Shown here one piece after another: positions 22,837 to 35,349 of a DNA stretch of 64,000 nt. Source of the DNA: Fistulifera solaris. Lineage: Eukaryota. Below the pieces are notes generated by a model. The model was not told the DNA's origin and did no database searches. It was given only the letters and a program-made list of their open reading frames with translations. The position numbers and the translations under genes are program-made. The stretch covers positions 1,116,001 to 1,180,000 of the forward strand of contig AP026123.1 in assembly GCA_030295235.1 (NCBI GenBank), given 5' to 3'. Position 1 is the first letter of the stretch, and each line of letters begins with the position of its first letter.

Positions 22837-24330
22837 ATGACACGATCGGTGGTCGATTACGAGAACCTGCTCGAAAACTCGTTTACAGATGCCAATAAGT
22901 TTATAAAGACCAGCATTCGTCCACGATGGGAGCGAAAGAAATTACAGCAGCAGGAAGAGCGTCGAACTTTGGGAACTGTCATCGGCGGTGATCGCTTCAT
23001 CCCGAATCGGGCGGGGATGAATATGGATCTTTGCAAGCATCTGATGCGAACGTCATCTAGCGATTCGAACGAGGACCTCCAGAAAGCGGTACCAGATGAT
23101 GTCAAAGCAGTTTCTGATGATAAGAAAAGCATGTACGCATCCAATTTGAGCTCGGCTTTACTGGGAGTTGAAGATGTTAAAGGCAGTCGGATTATGAGCT
23201 ATCAAGAAAAGGCACCTGCCCCGAAAGGAGACACGGTGAATAATCTCAATATTCTCTACTCCGCATCTGCTGCAGCTGCTCGGCAACCAAAAGCAAACGC
23301 TAAATTGGTAACTCGCCAGATCCCCACAGCACCCAGTCGAATTTTGGACGCACCCGACTTGATGAATGACTACTATCTCAACCTTATCTCTTGGAGCGAT
23401 ACAAACATTCTTGCCGTGGCTTTGGGACAGACCGTCTTTCTCTGGGATGCCGGTAGTGGTGACATTCAAGAGCTTTGCTCTTTCGAAAACGGACCGAATG
23501 CGCATATTTCATCCGTTTCATGGGTTCAACAGGGAGGTGCACATTTGGCGGTTGGAACATCTTCTGGAACAACTCAGTTGTGGGATGTACAAGCGGGGAA
23601 GCAGCTTCGCTCTATGGATGGACATACTGATCGTGTTGGTTCGCTTGCCTGGAATCGCCACATCCTGTCGACTGGTAGTCGCGATACAACTATCGTGCAA
23701 CATGACGTCCGCGTGGCACGCCATAATACCGCTGTTCTAAATAGCCACACGCAAGAAGTATGTGGCCTTGCTTGGAGTCCTGATGGTGAGATGCTGGCCA
23801 GTGGTGGAAACGATAATCTGTTGTGTTTATGGGACAGCGCAGCTTCTGCCCGCTCTGGACCCCGTTTCCGATTCACCGATCACCAGGCAGCAGTCAAAGC
23901 CTTAGCCTGGTCTCCTCACGAGCGCCATTTGCTTGCTTCCGGAGGAGGGACAGCTGATCGTACTATCAAGTTTTGGAATTCGCATACAGGTGCGCTTCTC
24001 AATTCCATTGACACTGATTCTCAAGTCTGCTCGTTGCAATGGAATCCGCATGAGAAAGAGATCCTTTCTTCGCATGGCTATGCTCGCAATCAGTTGACGC
24101 TCTGGAAATATCCTTCGATGTCTAAAATTAAAGAATTCGAGGGACACACGTCTCGGGTATTGTTCACTGCTGTTAGTCCCGACGGTGGGACGGTGATGTC
24201 AGCGGCAGCGGATGAAACGCTTCGATTCTGGGATATCTTTGCTCCTGCGCATGCTAAGAAGACAACTCACAAAGAAATCTACAGCGTCGGGAGCAGCAGC
24301 AAGACTAGCTGGACTACTCATATCCGTTAA
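22837..24330 (+). CDS. CDC20: APC/C activator CDC20/Fizzy
   Basis: C-box DRFIPNR, RILDAP.L.NDYYLN, WD40 repeats, C-terminal IR tail. Confidence 0.95.
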   Translation: MTRSVVDYENLLENSFTDANKFIKTSIRPRWERKKLQQQEERRTLGTVIGGDRFIPNRAGMNMDLCKHLMRTSSSDSNEDLQKAVPDDVKAVSDDKKSMYASNLSSALLGVEDVKGSRIMSYQEKAPAPKGDTVNNLNILYSASAAAARQPKANAKLVTRQIPTAPSRILDAPDLMNDYYLNLISWSDTNILAVALGQTVFLWDAGSGDIQELCSFENGPNAHISSVSWVQQGGAHLAVGTSSGTTQLWDVQAGKQLRSMDGHTDRVGSLAWNRHILSTGSRDTTIVQHDVRVARHNTAVLNSHTQEVCGLAWSPDGEMLASGGNDNLLCLWDSAASARSGPRFRFTDHQAAVKALAWSPHERHLLASGGGTADRTIKFWNSHTGALLNSIDTDSQVCSLQWNPHEKEILSSHGYARNQLTLWKYPSMSKIKEFEGHTSRVLFTAVSPDGGTVMSAAADETLRFWDIFAPAHAKKTTHKEIYSVGSSSKTSWTTHIR

Positions 24331-25196
24331 ATTCGAACTTGAAAGACAAATGAAGACCTACAATCATAATTGATCTAAATTTAATAGAGAACTTATTTCG
24401 AAAACGAACCGTCCACTTTAAACGCCTAAATCTCGTTCATTTCTTTATCCATGCAATAATATTCAATCTAGTGGCTCTTTCGTCTCTCTAACTTGCGTCG
24501 TTTTCTAAGTTTGTGTTTGTTCATTTTGGAGCGACGTCTCTTTAATGTGCTAACCATGTTCCATACGGCAACCTGTATTGATTCTACCCAAAAGAGACGG
24601 CATCAAGGAGAATAGGGCGCGGAACCGCTAGTGCTGAGAAAGACGGGGGTGAATGGATGAGTCCATACGGTTTAATGAGAAGAGGTGAAGGTATAGCTTT
24701 CTTTAGGCCAACGCGAGCCACACTCAGCAGGCCCCTTCTTGCCGAAAGCATCTTCCACGTCAAATTGGTTATTGGGGCACTTTAGCAGACGACAGGAGCT
24801 ATGTGAAAAGCGTTGACATTCAACTCCACGAAAGAGTGCTATGCTTTTGCAGATGCGGAGGTGCGAGCAGCGAGGACAGAACGCAAGACCAAAAAATCGT
24901 CCACTCCTTACCGGTACTCAAATCGCCTATGTGTTCTTGTTTATATGCACAGCGATGTAGCTATTGGCGGCACCTTCAAGTATTTTGCTTAAGTGCTCTA
25001 TGGTTACTTACCTTAAGTAAATTGGTTACTTAGGCACTCACTTGCTAAATAATCGGTCCCTCGGCGCATCCTGGCGCATCGCGCTCGCTTTGAATTGCAT
25101 GGGGCGAGGTTCTTTGGCGACCAGCACCATTATCACATTTTCTTCCCTAACCCGAATGACGATGATTCGTCGCGTGGGTGGAACAGAGCATTCACC

Positions 25197-26937
25197 ATGA
25201 GATTCTTCACACGCAAGAGGGACTTGGGGCCTTCAGATGAGCCACAGAGGAGCACAATCGACCGCTATGGGGACAATGAAGACGAGCAATCGCAAGCGAA
25301 CGTGAGCACAATCAATAAGCAAGGAAAACAGGACAGCAAAGTGAGCAAAAAGCGAGACAAGGATAAGAAAAAGAAGAAAAAGAAGAAATCAAAAAGTGAC
25401 AAAGAGAAAAGAAAATCTACGTCTTCCGCCTCAAAATTGGTTGATCGCGTTCCAACAGTCGAATCTTGTGAGTCAGTCAAAACGCAAGATATCGAAGGAA
25501 AGAAGCTTCAGGATGATACCCGTGACTTGATCGCTAGTGACGATGACGGAGATGATCGCTACAGCGTCGCTGGTCACTTGAGTAGAGGTGGTAGGAGCAG
25601 CACCGGAGTGAGCGTTTTAAGCGATGATTCTGATGAATATGGAGCTCGTTGGCGTAGTTGGGACGATGACGAAGATGTCGACTTTCGCGATAATTCACCC
25701 GTAACTGATGATGAAATGGCAACTACAGATGACGAAAGGAAAAAGGATAAGAAGAAAAAGAAGAAAAAGAAGCATCGAAGCAAAAGCAAGGATAAATCGA
25801 GTAAAAAGAAGAAAAAGAGCAAGAGCAAGAAATCTAAGCAAAGTGAAGATGACGTACGTGATCAACCCGAAGATCACGAAAATAGCCCAGTAATCAAAGA
25901 TAGCGAAAAGCCCACATCAACAGCCAGTGATTCGCTGATTCAGGTTCTTGGCGCAACAATATCAGATGGCCAAGATCATGCGCTTATTGAAGAAGTCGAG
26001 ATTGAGCACATTTCCAATAATCCGGTTGAAATAGGAGTGACGGAGAACACTGCCAAGAATGCTGTTGAAAGTTTTGAGGAAGAGGTCGTCGAAAGTATTG
26101 ATAAAGAAGCTCTGCCGTACACCAAGCCGATTATCCCAGACGACACATTTGAAGTAGACAACGATGATGGCGTTGTCGATGTCTTCACAACCAATAAAAA
26201 AAGAGTTACTCGAGCTTGACGAATATTCGGTTCACGATGTAGAGAATCACTCTGCCCTTGGTCAGTGCCTTCGCTTTTATTCATGTAACGGAATTGCAAG
26301 GCTGCTTGAGTTTCAACCGAAACTTCTTCCCCCGGTTGTCAAAAAGAAACAAATGAGGTGCGAACCGCTTCCACAAATCAAAACTTCGAGTTGCTTTTGG
26401 GAGTCAAGTCACCAGTTGCAACGGATCCACCCGAAAATATAATTGTCCCGGGGAATTCAGAAGATTCTTTTGATGTGTTGCACGAAGCCCCTAGTTTGGA
26501 TACAATCAAAAAGAATCCAAGTGTTGTTGTAGATCTGACTGGAAAGAACCTATGCCTTGATGATGAATCCTTAGAAGATCAACCTTCGAAAATGAGTGGA
26601 CGAGGGCAACGACATCGCAAACGAACTCCAAGAAGCAATCATAAGGTCACAGTTACGTCGATAGAAATTCCAGAATCGAAGTTTAAAAAGGGTAAAAAAG
26701 TCTACCAGGGCTTCTTCAGCTACCGACAGTGACAAATCTGATAAAACTCTGCAGGTGCGATACAAGAAAGCGCCCAAGCGAGGACTCTGGCGAAAGCGTC
26801 GTCCCCTAGATTCGGACGACAAGTCTGTTTCGTCAGTTCGCTCCGCAGCTTCATCACGAGCTTCTATTTCTACCATTAAGAAACGATCAGTTCAGTCATT
26901 CTTTCTAAGAGTGCAAGGAAAACGAGCGCAATGTTAG
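25197..26937 (+). CDS. Low-complexity Lys/Asp/Ser-rich hypothetical protein with apparent frameshifts
   Basis: Consecutive ORFs 25095-26219, 26358-26732 and 26755-26937 with similar composition; poly-K tracts. Confidence 0.55.
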
Positions 26938-27087
26938 TATGTCATAGAGAATCAGTGCCGCGCATGGTGCGTATTACTTTGATAGGTCAACGTAAACGTG
27001 TAATAATTCCGTCACATAGATGGACTGTTTAACTTTTAGTATTCTTAGCGACCTATGGCAGTGCAAGTAAAGGTGTGAATAAATTCC

Positions 27088-29853
27088 TTAGCCTCTGACA
27101 GCCGAAGACGACCTAGTTGCGTCTGCTTGTTGCCCGGGCCCTGGCGCTTCCGACGGGTCAGCAACATTATCTGTTTTGGCTCTCTTCTTAGCCCTCTCTT
27201 CTCGAGAGGGGGCGACGTCCACCAGATCTCCAATGGGCTTGTATCTCTTTCGCGAAAAGTTCACCGAGTCGCGGAACTCTTTTCCATCAGCAGCTGCGGC
27301 ATAAGTGCAGTAGACAACTGGGCGAATCGAGCTGCTTGTATTTGAAAGACCTCGATGTCCTAGTCGATAGTCGAACACGATTGGAGTGCCCGCTGTAACG
27401 CTCGGCGTATATAGGAATTCATTGTCGAGATCTTCGTTCCCAAGAATGTGGCTTCCTAGACAAAACTCAGTTCCCTGGTTGGTCAGATCCACAAGAGGAA
27501 CGAAGACATTGATTGCATGGCACGGTTTTTGATATTGGCTGGTCAAGTGCACCCCATCTTGGTGGTAGTTCTGTTTCTCAGCCCCGGGCATGGCGAGAAA
27601 TATTCCCTTGTGAATTAGGCAGACTTCTTTTCCCAAAATTTCTTTCACGACTGGCATCCATGGTGCCTTCTTCAAATCAGTAAGAAAGCCGAACTCAGTG
27701 CTGTCGAACTGAGGTAGCTCCATGTCAAATCTGCCCCGACCTCGTTCTCGGAAAAGATCAAACCCACCTTGTAGCTCTCTAGTCAAATCTCTCACTCGAA
27801 CAGTCCGCATTATTTGTTCATAGTGGTTAACACATGCGTCATGGCACAATTTGATCTGATCTTCGTTTAGACAGAACTTCTTTGAATGCCCATCGCATAA
27901 AAGCTCCTTTCTTTCTTCGCGACGCGTGCAGGGACTGTCCCGAGACGATTTTTGCAAGCATAAAGGGGTGACTATCCTTTTCACAGAGTCTTCCGACATT
28001 GCGTTAGTGTCTGAGTCATCTGGTCTTTCGGATGGCCTAGAAGGAGAGGAAATAATAGGTTGTGCATTGACCGAGGGTGCCTCTCCATCATGTCCATTTG
28101 AGACACCAGAATATTGTTTTGCCCGGGTATCCCAGTCTTTTCTTTCTTCTTCTGACAGTTTCTTCCAAATTGTACGAAGCTCGTTTTCGGCGTCTCGAAG
28201 AGTAAACGAAATCTTTGCCCTCGACAAATCGTTACTGTGTTTAAATTTTGCTTCAGAAGTGTTCAAGATTGTCACAGATCCTGTGATCGCGGTACCATTG
28301 TCCTCAGAATCAGAAACATTAATCACTTTATTCACACCAGCGCCATTGCCATCCGCGGCTGAGTGATCCTCTGCAAGAGTGGTTGCTGTGTGCGCGGTCA
28401 CATCGTCATCGCCAGAAGAGATAAGATTGCTTGGCCTTTTCAAATCCCGAGACGAGATACTGTCGCCTAAATCTGTTTTCTTACCATCGTCACTAAGATC
28501 CTCTTTCGACATGGTACCATCACAACTGCTACCTGATTGACTGAGAAGGTTCGGATCATGACCTCCTACTTGCAAATCGACGTTATCATCAGTCATTCTG
28601 GGCACCTTTGTTTTTCTCAACTCGTTCAACCGCGCATCACGGTGTTCTTTTCTTTTACATTGTAGAAAATAGGTCAAACCAGTGATCCCTCGATTATTCG
28701 AAGACGGAAGAGGTAAAGAGTCGTTAGCCTCTGTGGGCGAACGATCTCTTTGCCAATCCTCTTCTTGTCCGACAACCCATAGTCCATCCCTTTCAAAACG
28801 AAGTTTACCCGCATCCATCACGATTTTTCGGGAAAGAGAATTGACTTTAAGAGGCTTTCCGTTACCTCCCACACCCAACAAGGCTTTGTCGATGGTAATT
28901 TCTTGCTTACAAAGCTCAACTGCACGGTCCCACGCCGCTTTCCGACTGGTGAATGTTTCTCGTAGAGGAGATATCCACTTGGTCGATATGCGGGGAAGAG
29001 GTACACGCCATCGCTCCTGTAACGCTAATTCCGAGATAACAGATGGTTCTCGCTCTTGAAGCATCTGAATGATTTTATCCTCACCAGAGAGTGACTCCTC
29101 TTCAGAGCAAGACTCATCGTCGGCTTCTTCTTTGTTGGTTGCTTTTCGACTCGATGAAGAAGCACTCGAAAATCCTGGAAAGCGAGGGAGGGTCTGGTAT
29201 CTTTTCTATGATGTGTGGCCAAGCTGCCAACTCCAGTACTCCCTTGTAAAACCGAAAGTACGGGTACTTCTGCGCGGCCTTCGTTTCCGTCGGCAACGGA
29301 TCCTGCACTCGTACTTGGACTTTCCACGGTCGACCACCGTAAGTGGGAAGAAGTTGTTCTTCCCATCGCTCTAATGCTTTCGCGGCCCGATCGTAGGCTT
29401 CTTCGCGAGCGTTTGGTGCTATCACAGAATACGCTGTGGTGAGTTACCAACAAGCAGAGTAATTAAAAAGCGCCACCAAAAGCTTACCATTGACCTTCAC
29501 AAGATACTTTCGGGCTGCATTGAATGGCGACTTTCCCTTCTTTTCGGCTTGACGAATATCTTGGATGTTGGCCGCTGTGATCCATACCTTTTCCCCGGTT
29601 TTGGGGCATTCGAGAAAAAGAGGTTCCGTTTTGCGATACAATAACTTGCGCTCGGGCTTTACCGGTTGCTTTGCTTTGGGTTTCACGCTGACCTTTGGTT
29701 CAGGTTTCTATGTAAAGAGCAAGGAAGATGGTGAGCCGATACAATGAGTCGTTACTAAACGGATCAAAACGAACAACCTACCTTTGTTTGAAGCCGCTTG
29801 GATGACCTAGCCGGTGTTGGTGGCTTTTGTGGCCTTTCTCGCAACGAAACCAT
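27088..29853 (-). CDS. Large protein with C-terminal PhyH-like 2OG-Fe(II) dioxygenase domain; 2 introns (first 29708-29781) and a frameshift near 29185
   Basis: YHQDG...AINVFVPLVDL...GTEFCLGSH...FDYRLGHRG..N....RPVVY (HxD..H triad plus Arg); upstream exons joined at GT-AG sites. Confidence 0.8.
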
Positions 29854-30440
29854 TGGTGTCCAGGGAAACTGATAGGCTGCAAGGAGGATGACAGTGTCGA
29901 GAAGGAAAAGAAGCGCGTGAAGCTATCCGGTCGCTCAATCTGAATGGCCTGATTGTTGCGCAGAGCTCTCCAATAGTATGATGATGTATTTCGTGTGCTT
30001 TGCTTATAACAACAACAACATCATCATTATGCTCAACGCATCGCGTGTGTGCCAATTATTTGGATCGACACGCGAAGATTTTTTGCCGCAAAAGAGAGCG
30101 GTTCTCATTTCAGTACAAATTTACCAGGTCGTGTATGTACACAGTTTTCTCTCTAAGGTTCAACGTAAACAAGCTCTCGCTAAAGCGCGGGAAAATTTCA
30201 GGCTCGTAAGTCCTAGCTATAGATTTTAGACTCTCACTTATTCTTGCGTTATGTTACACCTTTTCTATAAAGTCTATTGAGTGAATGATGCGAACGAATC
30301 CAAAGTTATTACCCATCAAAAGACCGATGTGAAGTACCTGGTAACGCGTCATTTCATTCTGGTGTCAAGCGCTTACTCTATCATGACTAGGACAACGGCT
30401 CATAATCTGACTCGCAAGGTAGATGTTGCGGAAATTGCTA

Positions 30441-31562
30441 TTACTTTTCTTTCCTATTTACAATTCCGCCGCCAATTGTATACTTTCCGTATTCCTTTCG
30501 AGGGTCATACACTTCCCAGCGGCCTGTGTTCCGGATGGACAATTGTGAGTAAAGATAAGTCAAGTCGCAATAGCACCTCCAAGTTGATTTTTACGTACTA
30601 GCTGGAAAGATATGTTTATTCCGTTCATACCAGCGCCTCTCAACAACTTTACCGGGGTGACTCTCATCTTTTCAACTCTTGAATCAATTGCACCGATTCG
30701 AACATCATCGTGAACGTCAAAATGGAATAGCGGCCCCGACTTGCCCCTTGCTTTGGTTGCGATCAGATCATAGAAGGTCATATCCTGGGGAATGATCAAA
30801 TCTTCTTTGACATAGATCAATGCGTCCGCCGATATGTTGGCCAGCTCCTTAAACTCTTTGGCAAGATCTAGTCGTACTTGCTCGAGAAAGTCCCCAATCG
30901 TATCGCCCTTTTGCAAACAACGTTTCGACGATGGCCTGAGCCGTCCCAATAACTATAAATAATCTCTAAGTGCTGTTGCTTCATAGCCTCTTGCTTTTCT
31001 TTCCACTCTTTCTCCAAGCGTTTCTTTTCCTTTTCCGCTTCTTCTTCGCGGTGCCTATCAGGTAAAAAAAGATGTGTCGACGGACGGATCTTTTCTTCAC
31101 AAGCCTTGTCGGCGGCTCGGCATTGTCATCAAAGTTATTATCATCGTCATCAAACTCCTGTCCGAACGATAGCGTAGATAGCATCTTTTTCTTTAAATTC
31201 TTCTTCTTCTTTCGCTCTTTCTTCTCTTTCTTTTCGCGCAATTTTCGCTCCTCCTCTGTTTCCGTTATCACTTCCTGCTCAACGGGTTGACTGCGTTTCT
31301 CTTCAATGGCCTTGAATTCTTCTGCCGACAGCAAACCAATCGTTTCTACCGCCGTGTCTTTCGTCGTCCCACCCGCAAATTTGGAATCCAAAAGAGCGGG
31401 GGCTCTCTGAGAATTGCTAATTTGTTGTTTCCGGGCAAGAAAAGCTTCTTGATCGAGCTGCCGCTTGCGTTCAAATTGGGCGGCCCGACTTCCGGCGACA
31501 TTACCTTCGACGGTACGGATCCCTGCATCCGGGCGTTTGAAATTGGCTTGGAAGTCTCCCAT
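30441..31562 (-). CDS. XAP5: XAP5/FAM50 family nuclear protein; intron 30524-30598; several homopolymer frameshifts
   Basis: VEGNVAGSRA, LSFG, DTSFLPDR (shifted frame), YVKEDLIIP..TFYD.I.TKARGKSGPLFHFDVHDD, WYERNKHIFPASRWE.YDP. Confidence 0.92.
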
Positions 31563-31640
31563 GTCTAGGAAGAGAGCGAGAACAAGAAATAAAACAAGTT
31601 AACTGTTACGATACTCCGCACCCGTACGTCATAAAATACT

Positions 31641-31891
31641 GTGGGAGTGTGGTGTTTTATTTTTACGTCTCCAGAAAAAGTGGGAGTGTGGTACTTTTAC
31701 TTCTCCAGAAAAAGTAGGGGTGTGGTATTTTCACGTACCCAGAAAAAGTCGGCGCATGGTATTTGCACGTACCCAGAAAATGTGGGGGTGTGATTTTTGA
31801 CGTGTCCAGAAAAAGTGGGGGTGTAATATTTTTTTTACGTGTCCAGAAAAAGTGGGCGAGTGGTATTTTCACTTACCCAGAAAATGTGGGA
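31641..31891. repeat. 34-bp minisatellite, about 7.5 diverged copies
   Basis: ccagaaaa(a/t)gt recurs at 31671, 31705, 31739, 31773, 31806, 31843 and 31877. Confidence 0.9.
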
Positions 31892-32018
31892 ATGCGATGT
31901 GGCAGAGGCGGCTGTGGGAAAAGTTTATCCATCGTCGTCCCCATAAAAGATGCGATAGTTCATTGTTGAAACCATGCGATTACCTTAAGTAGCTTTTATT
32001 TCTTTCCATTTGTCTGCC

Positions 32019-32978
32019 ATGAACATTTTTCGCGGAAGAAAAGCGTTGCAAAGTTTTCTGCATTCACAAAGAGCTCATTTCGGCGCAGCTCCGATCTTAC
32101 TGGTGGAAAGCATGCCCCTCAATGGAGTCGAGAACAAGCAAGTCGATGAAGCCTGTCGATGGGCCCGTTTCGTCGTGCAGCAGCAAATGGGATTCCGTAC
32201 GGTCGTTTATCATTCACAACACTCGTTTCCAACCGTGTCGGATCAACAACAGGCCTTCGAAATGGCCTCGCGTGTGGGTGCGTCGACGGTCGCGGCGGTC
32301 GGTTCCGGGAGTGCGATGGATCTGGCGAAAAGCATGTCGTGGGCGGAAGATCGGATATTGATGCCAGCGACACCCACTGCGGTCCTAGTGGCCGGATCAT
32401 CTCATTCGCTCTTTTATGATTTGGCGGAAGATACGCTTGTACCAATGGAACGAAAGGGCGGAGGAACAGTTGCTTTGATGCAATCCAAGACGGATCAATT
32501 GGAAGAGGCTCTGTATGCGTGTCTGGCGATCGCGATTGACAACTTATTTCAAGGAACCAGTAACGATTCTACTATTGTAGATGAGGCGCTGCGGATGATC
32601 AAAGAAAAGACAACGAAGGTGGAAGACGCGGAAGCTTTGCTAATTCGAAGTGGTCAATCATTACGTTACGGTCTAGACGAGAACAATCGCTCCATCCCGT
32701 TAGCAATCGTTTCCAGTCTTGTTACAAACGAATTATCAAGCTATTCTGCTATGGGTGTCATGGCCAGTTTGGTTTCCTCTTTGGTAAACGTACTTCAAGA
32801 CATGTACTCTTTCGGCTTTGACAAGGAACTGCTAGACGCAGCTCCTCGAGCAATCACATCGTCTTCAATCGATTCAATGCTGGCTCATATTCGTGACAAT
32901 CAAGGGGCGACAGGATGTTACGACGTTTCGGAAGAAATACTTCGCAAGGTTCTGCAGTTTCACACGGTCAATTCATAA
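32019..32978 (+). CDS. Divergent iron-containing alcohol dehydrogenase/dehydroquinate synthase-like fold protein, possible mitochondrial leader
   Basis: AAVGSGSAMDLAK resembles the Fe-ADH AvGGGS.iD.AK motif; MPATP follows. Confidence 0.6.
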   Translation: MNIFRGRKALQSFLHSQRAHFGAAPILLVESMPLNGVENKQVDEACRWARFVVQQQMGFRTVVYHSQHSFPTVSDQQQAFEMASRVGASTVAAVGSGSAMDLAKSMSWAEDRILMPATPTAVLVAGSSHSLFYDLAEDTLVPMERKGGGTVALMQSKTDQLEEALYACLAIAIDNLFQGTSNDSTIVDEALRMIKEKTTKVEDAEALLIRSGQSLRYGLDENNRSIPLAIVSSLVTNELSSYSAMGVMASLVSSLVNVLQDMYSFGFDKELLDAAPRAITSSSIDSMLAHIRDNQGATGCYDVSEEILRKVLQFHTVNS

Positions 32979-33273
32979 AGTTGCAACAGTAACGAAGGTT
33001 CATACATCAAAGTCGTTTGCTTGAACAGGCCCGAATTTTTCAAATGCCGATGACTCGCCCCACAGGCAAGGCTTTTGCTAAGCTAGTAGTACATGGTAAG
33101 AAACGAAGGGTCATAGACAATGTTCAAGGCGTGCAATATGCTGCACGCTATCAAAGTATCCAGTCAAAACATGCGCACTAAGGAAATAGAAGGCATCTAG
33201 TTCTGGATATCTACGTAGCATCAAACATGAAAAATCAACAACGTGTAATAGGGTCTATAAACGAACATAAAAC

Positions 33274-35349
33274 TTATCTAGTTCGTCGAAGCATGTAATA
33301 GGCTGCAAATCGGAAAACTACCTGCAAAGCGAACACCATGCCAATGTTGAACCAGTAGCTTTCAGTGATTCCCGTGATTCCCATGTCTGCAATTACGTCT
33401 TCACCGGGGAGAGGACATGTGCCCACGGGGCCAACCTGAACCGAAACATCATCGCTACAGGGAATATCTCTGCCTTCGAACTCGTTGATGATAAGAGCTG
33501 AATAGCCATATCGAGCAAACGAAAGCCACGTTGCCCATCGAATACCGACGTGAATGCTTTGCAAGGGAATATAGAATCCTCCCATGATCATGAAGAACAA
33601 AGTAATAGGAGGGGCGAGGACCAATGCCAGCTGGCCGTTGGGCATGATAATGCTGATAAACAATCCCATACTCTGAGCCGTCGAGAGCGACATGTAGAAC
33701 GCAAGGATAAAACGAACATATGCCAGGGCCGAAACACGAAAGTTAGCTGTCCAATACACGGCCATGCCATACAAAAGAGGGAACAGGACATTATTTGTCA
33801 TGTCCGACATGGTCTTGGCCAAGAAGTAACTTGCCACACCGTACATTTTCTTGGCTCTTTCTCGTCGAAGTAAAGCGCGCTCCCGCTGGAAAACAGTTAC
33901 TGCGTTAATGACGACTCCATTCGCTTGAGCAATAAGCATAAAAAAGAGAAGTGAATTTCTTTCATAGATACGGGCGGTATTGTCGGGTAAGTGCCACCAA
34001 AAAAGTGCCGTGAAGAATAGATAAACGAGTTGAAGGATAGCCGCAGTCGTGGTCAACCGCTCTCCTCTCTGTTGCTTTAAAGTCCGTACTGTCAGTAGCT
34101 TCAATTGCGTCCAGAAAGTCACGTCGTATTTGGGCGCCGACTGCAATTCTTCTAGAGTGCTCAAGCGACGTCCCAGCTTCGATTGTTCCCTCTGGGTCAG
34201 GTCGGCACATCCAGTCTTACTTGAGCAGTCATTCCAATATTTGGCCAAAGTACGCTCGCCCTTGCGCTCATCGTCCGTAATAATATCCATCAGCCAATCG
34301 GCAATTCCCGTTTCCGGAGGCAACGAAACGACGGTAGGGCAACTCTCTAGATAAGCTCTCGCGCTGGAAGGTTTTCCGTCAAAAATCGCTCGACCTTTGC
34401 TTAACAACAGTAAGTGATCGAACATGTTGTATATAGTCGTCCGCGGTTGATGAATAACCACCGCAATCGAATGACCAAAAGCAGCTAGATCTTTCAAAGT
34501 GGTCATGAGCGAGAGGGCAGTCGTTGCATCCAAGCCGGAGGTCGGTTCATCCAACAAAAGAAGCGACGGCTGCACTACGAGTTCCACGGCCACGGAAACA
34601 CGCTTCCGTTCCCCTCCACTAACGCCTCTTACTGCAGAAAGGGGACTTCCTACCAAGCTATCTCGTACATGCAAGAGACCTAATTCTCTCATGGTGCTCT
34701 CTGTTAATTCTCGTACTTGCGGATCGGGTGTCTCTTGCGATGTTTTCAGACGCGCCGCAAAATAAATATTTTCTTCTACCGTCAGATTCGACAACAGCAA
34801 ATCATCTTGCCAGACTACGCCCACCAGTCGTTTGGGGATCGACCCTTCCTCCCCGTTCACTGTAATGACACTGTCGTCGATCAAATCGTGTGGCCTCGTC
34901 AGAGCCGCAGCCACGCTGATTAGACTCGTCTTGCCGGAGCCGGAGGGGCCCATCCATGCTGTCAGTTGATAGGGCGAGATTTGCGTGGTGATGTTATGCA
35001 AAATAGTCGTGCGCTGTGTCTGCGTTTGATTTGAACCGATCACGGCCGACTTTGTCAAAGGAGCGTATGTCACATTTTCCATCCGGAGCTCGACTTGAGG
35101 AACAGATCGCGTTTGTTTGATACTGGAGTGGCGAGAAAGGTTCTGAGAGCCATCATCGTCATCTTTAGATTCCTTTTGAGGCGGCATCGTTGCTGTCATC
35201 GTCGTTTTATGAAGCAAGTGCTGATGCTTGTGCGCCTTTCCGTCTCTTCGAAACATGGATGATGATCTGGTGCGGTCTTTGCGGACGAGAGAATTCCAAC
35301 GAACCACAAAAAACCGCGAACCTCTCCGCTCCTGCGTCATCTTCAGCAA
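33274..35349 (-). CDS. ABCG half transporter (start codon uncertain)
   Basis: Walker A GPSGSGKT, signature VSGGERKRV, Walker B LLLLDEPTSGLD, IHQP, C-terminal ABC2 TM domain. Confidence 0.95.
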   Translation of the reverse strand: MLKMTQERRGSRFFVVRWNSLVRKDRTRSSSMFRRDGKAHKHQHLLHKTTMTATMPPQKESKDDDDGSQNLSRHSSIKQTRSVPQVELRMENVTYAPLTKSAVIGSNQTQTQRTTILHNITTQISPYQLTAWMGPSGSGKTSLISVAAALTRPHDLIDDSVITVNGEEGSIPKRLVGVVWQDDLLLSNLTVEENIYFAARLKTSQETPDPQVRELTESTMRELGLLHVRDSLVGSPLSAVRGVSGGERKRVSVAVELVVQPSLLLLDEPTSGLDATTALSLMTTLKDLAAFGHSIAVVIHQPRTTIYNMFDHLLLLSKGRAIFDGKPSSARAYLESCPTVVSLPPETGIADWLMDIITDDERKGERTLAKYWNDCSSKTGCADLTQREQSKLGRRLSTLEELQSAPKYDVTFWTQLKLLTVRTLKQQRGERLTTTAAILQLVYLFFTALFWWHLPDNTARIYERNSLLFFMLIAQANGVVINAVTVFQRERALLRRERAKKMYGVASYFLAKTMSDMTNNVLFPLLYGMAVYWTANFRVSALAYVRFILAFYMSLSTAQSMGLFISIIMPNGQLALVLAPPITLFFMIMGGFYIPLQSIHVGIRWATWLSFARYGYSALIINEFEGRDIPCSDDVSVQVGPVGTCPLPGEDVIADMGITGITESYWFNIGMVFALQVVFRFAAYYMLRRTR

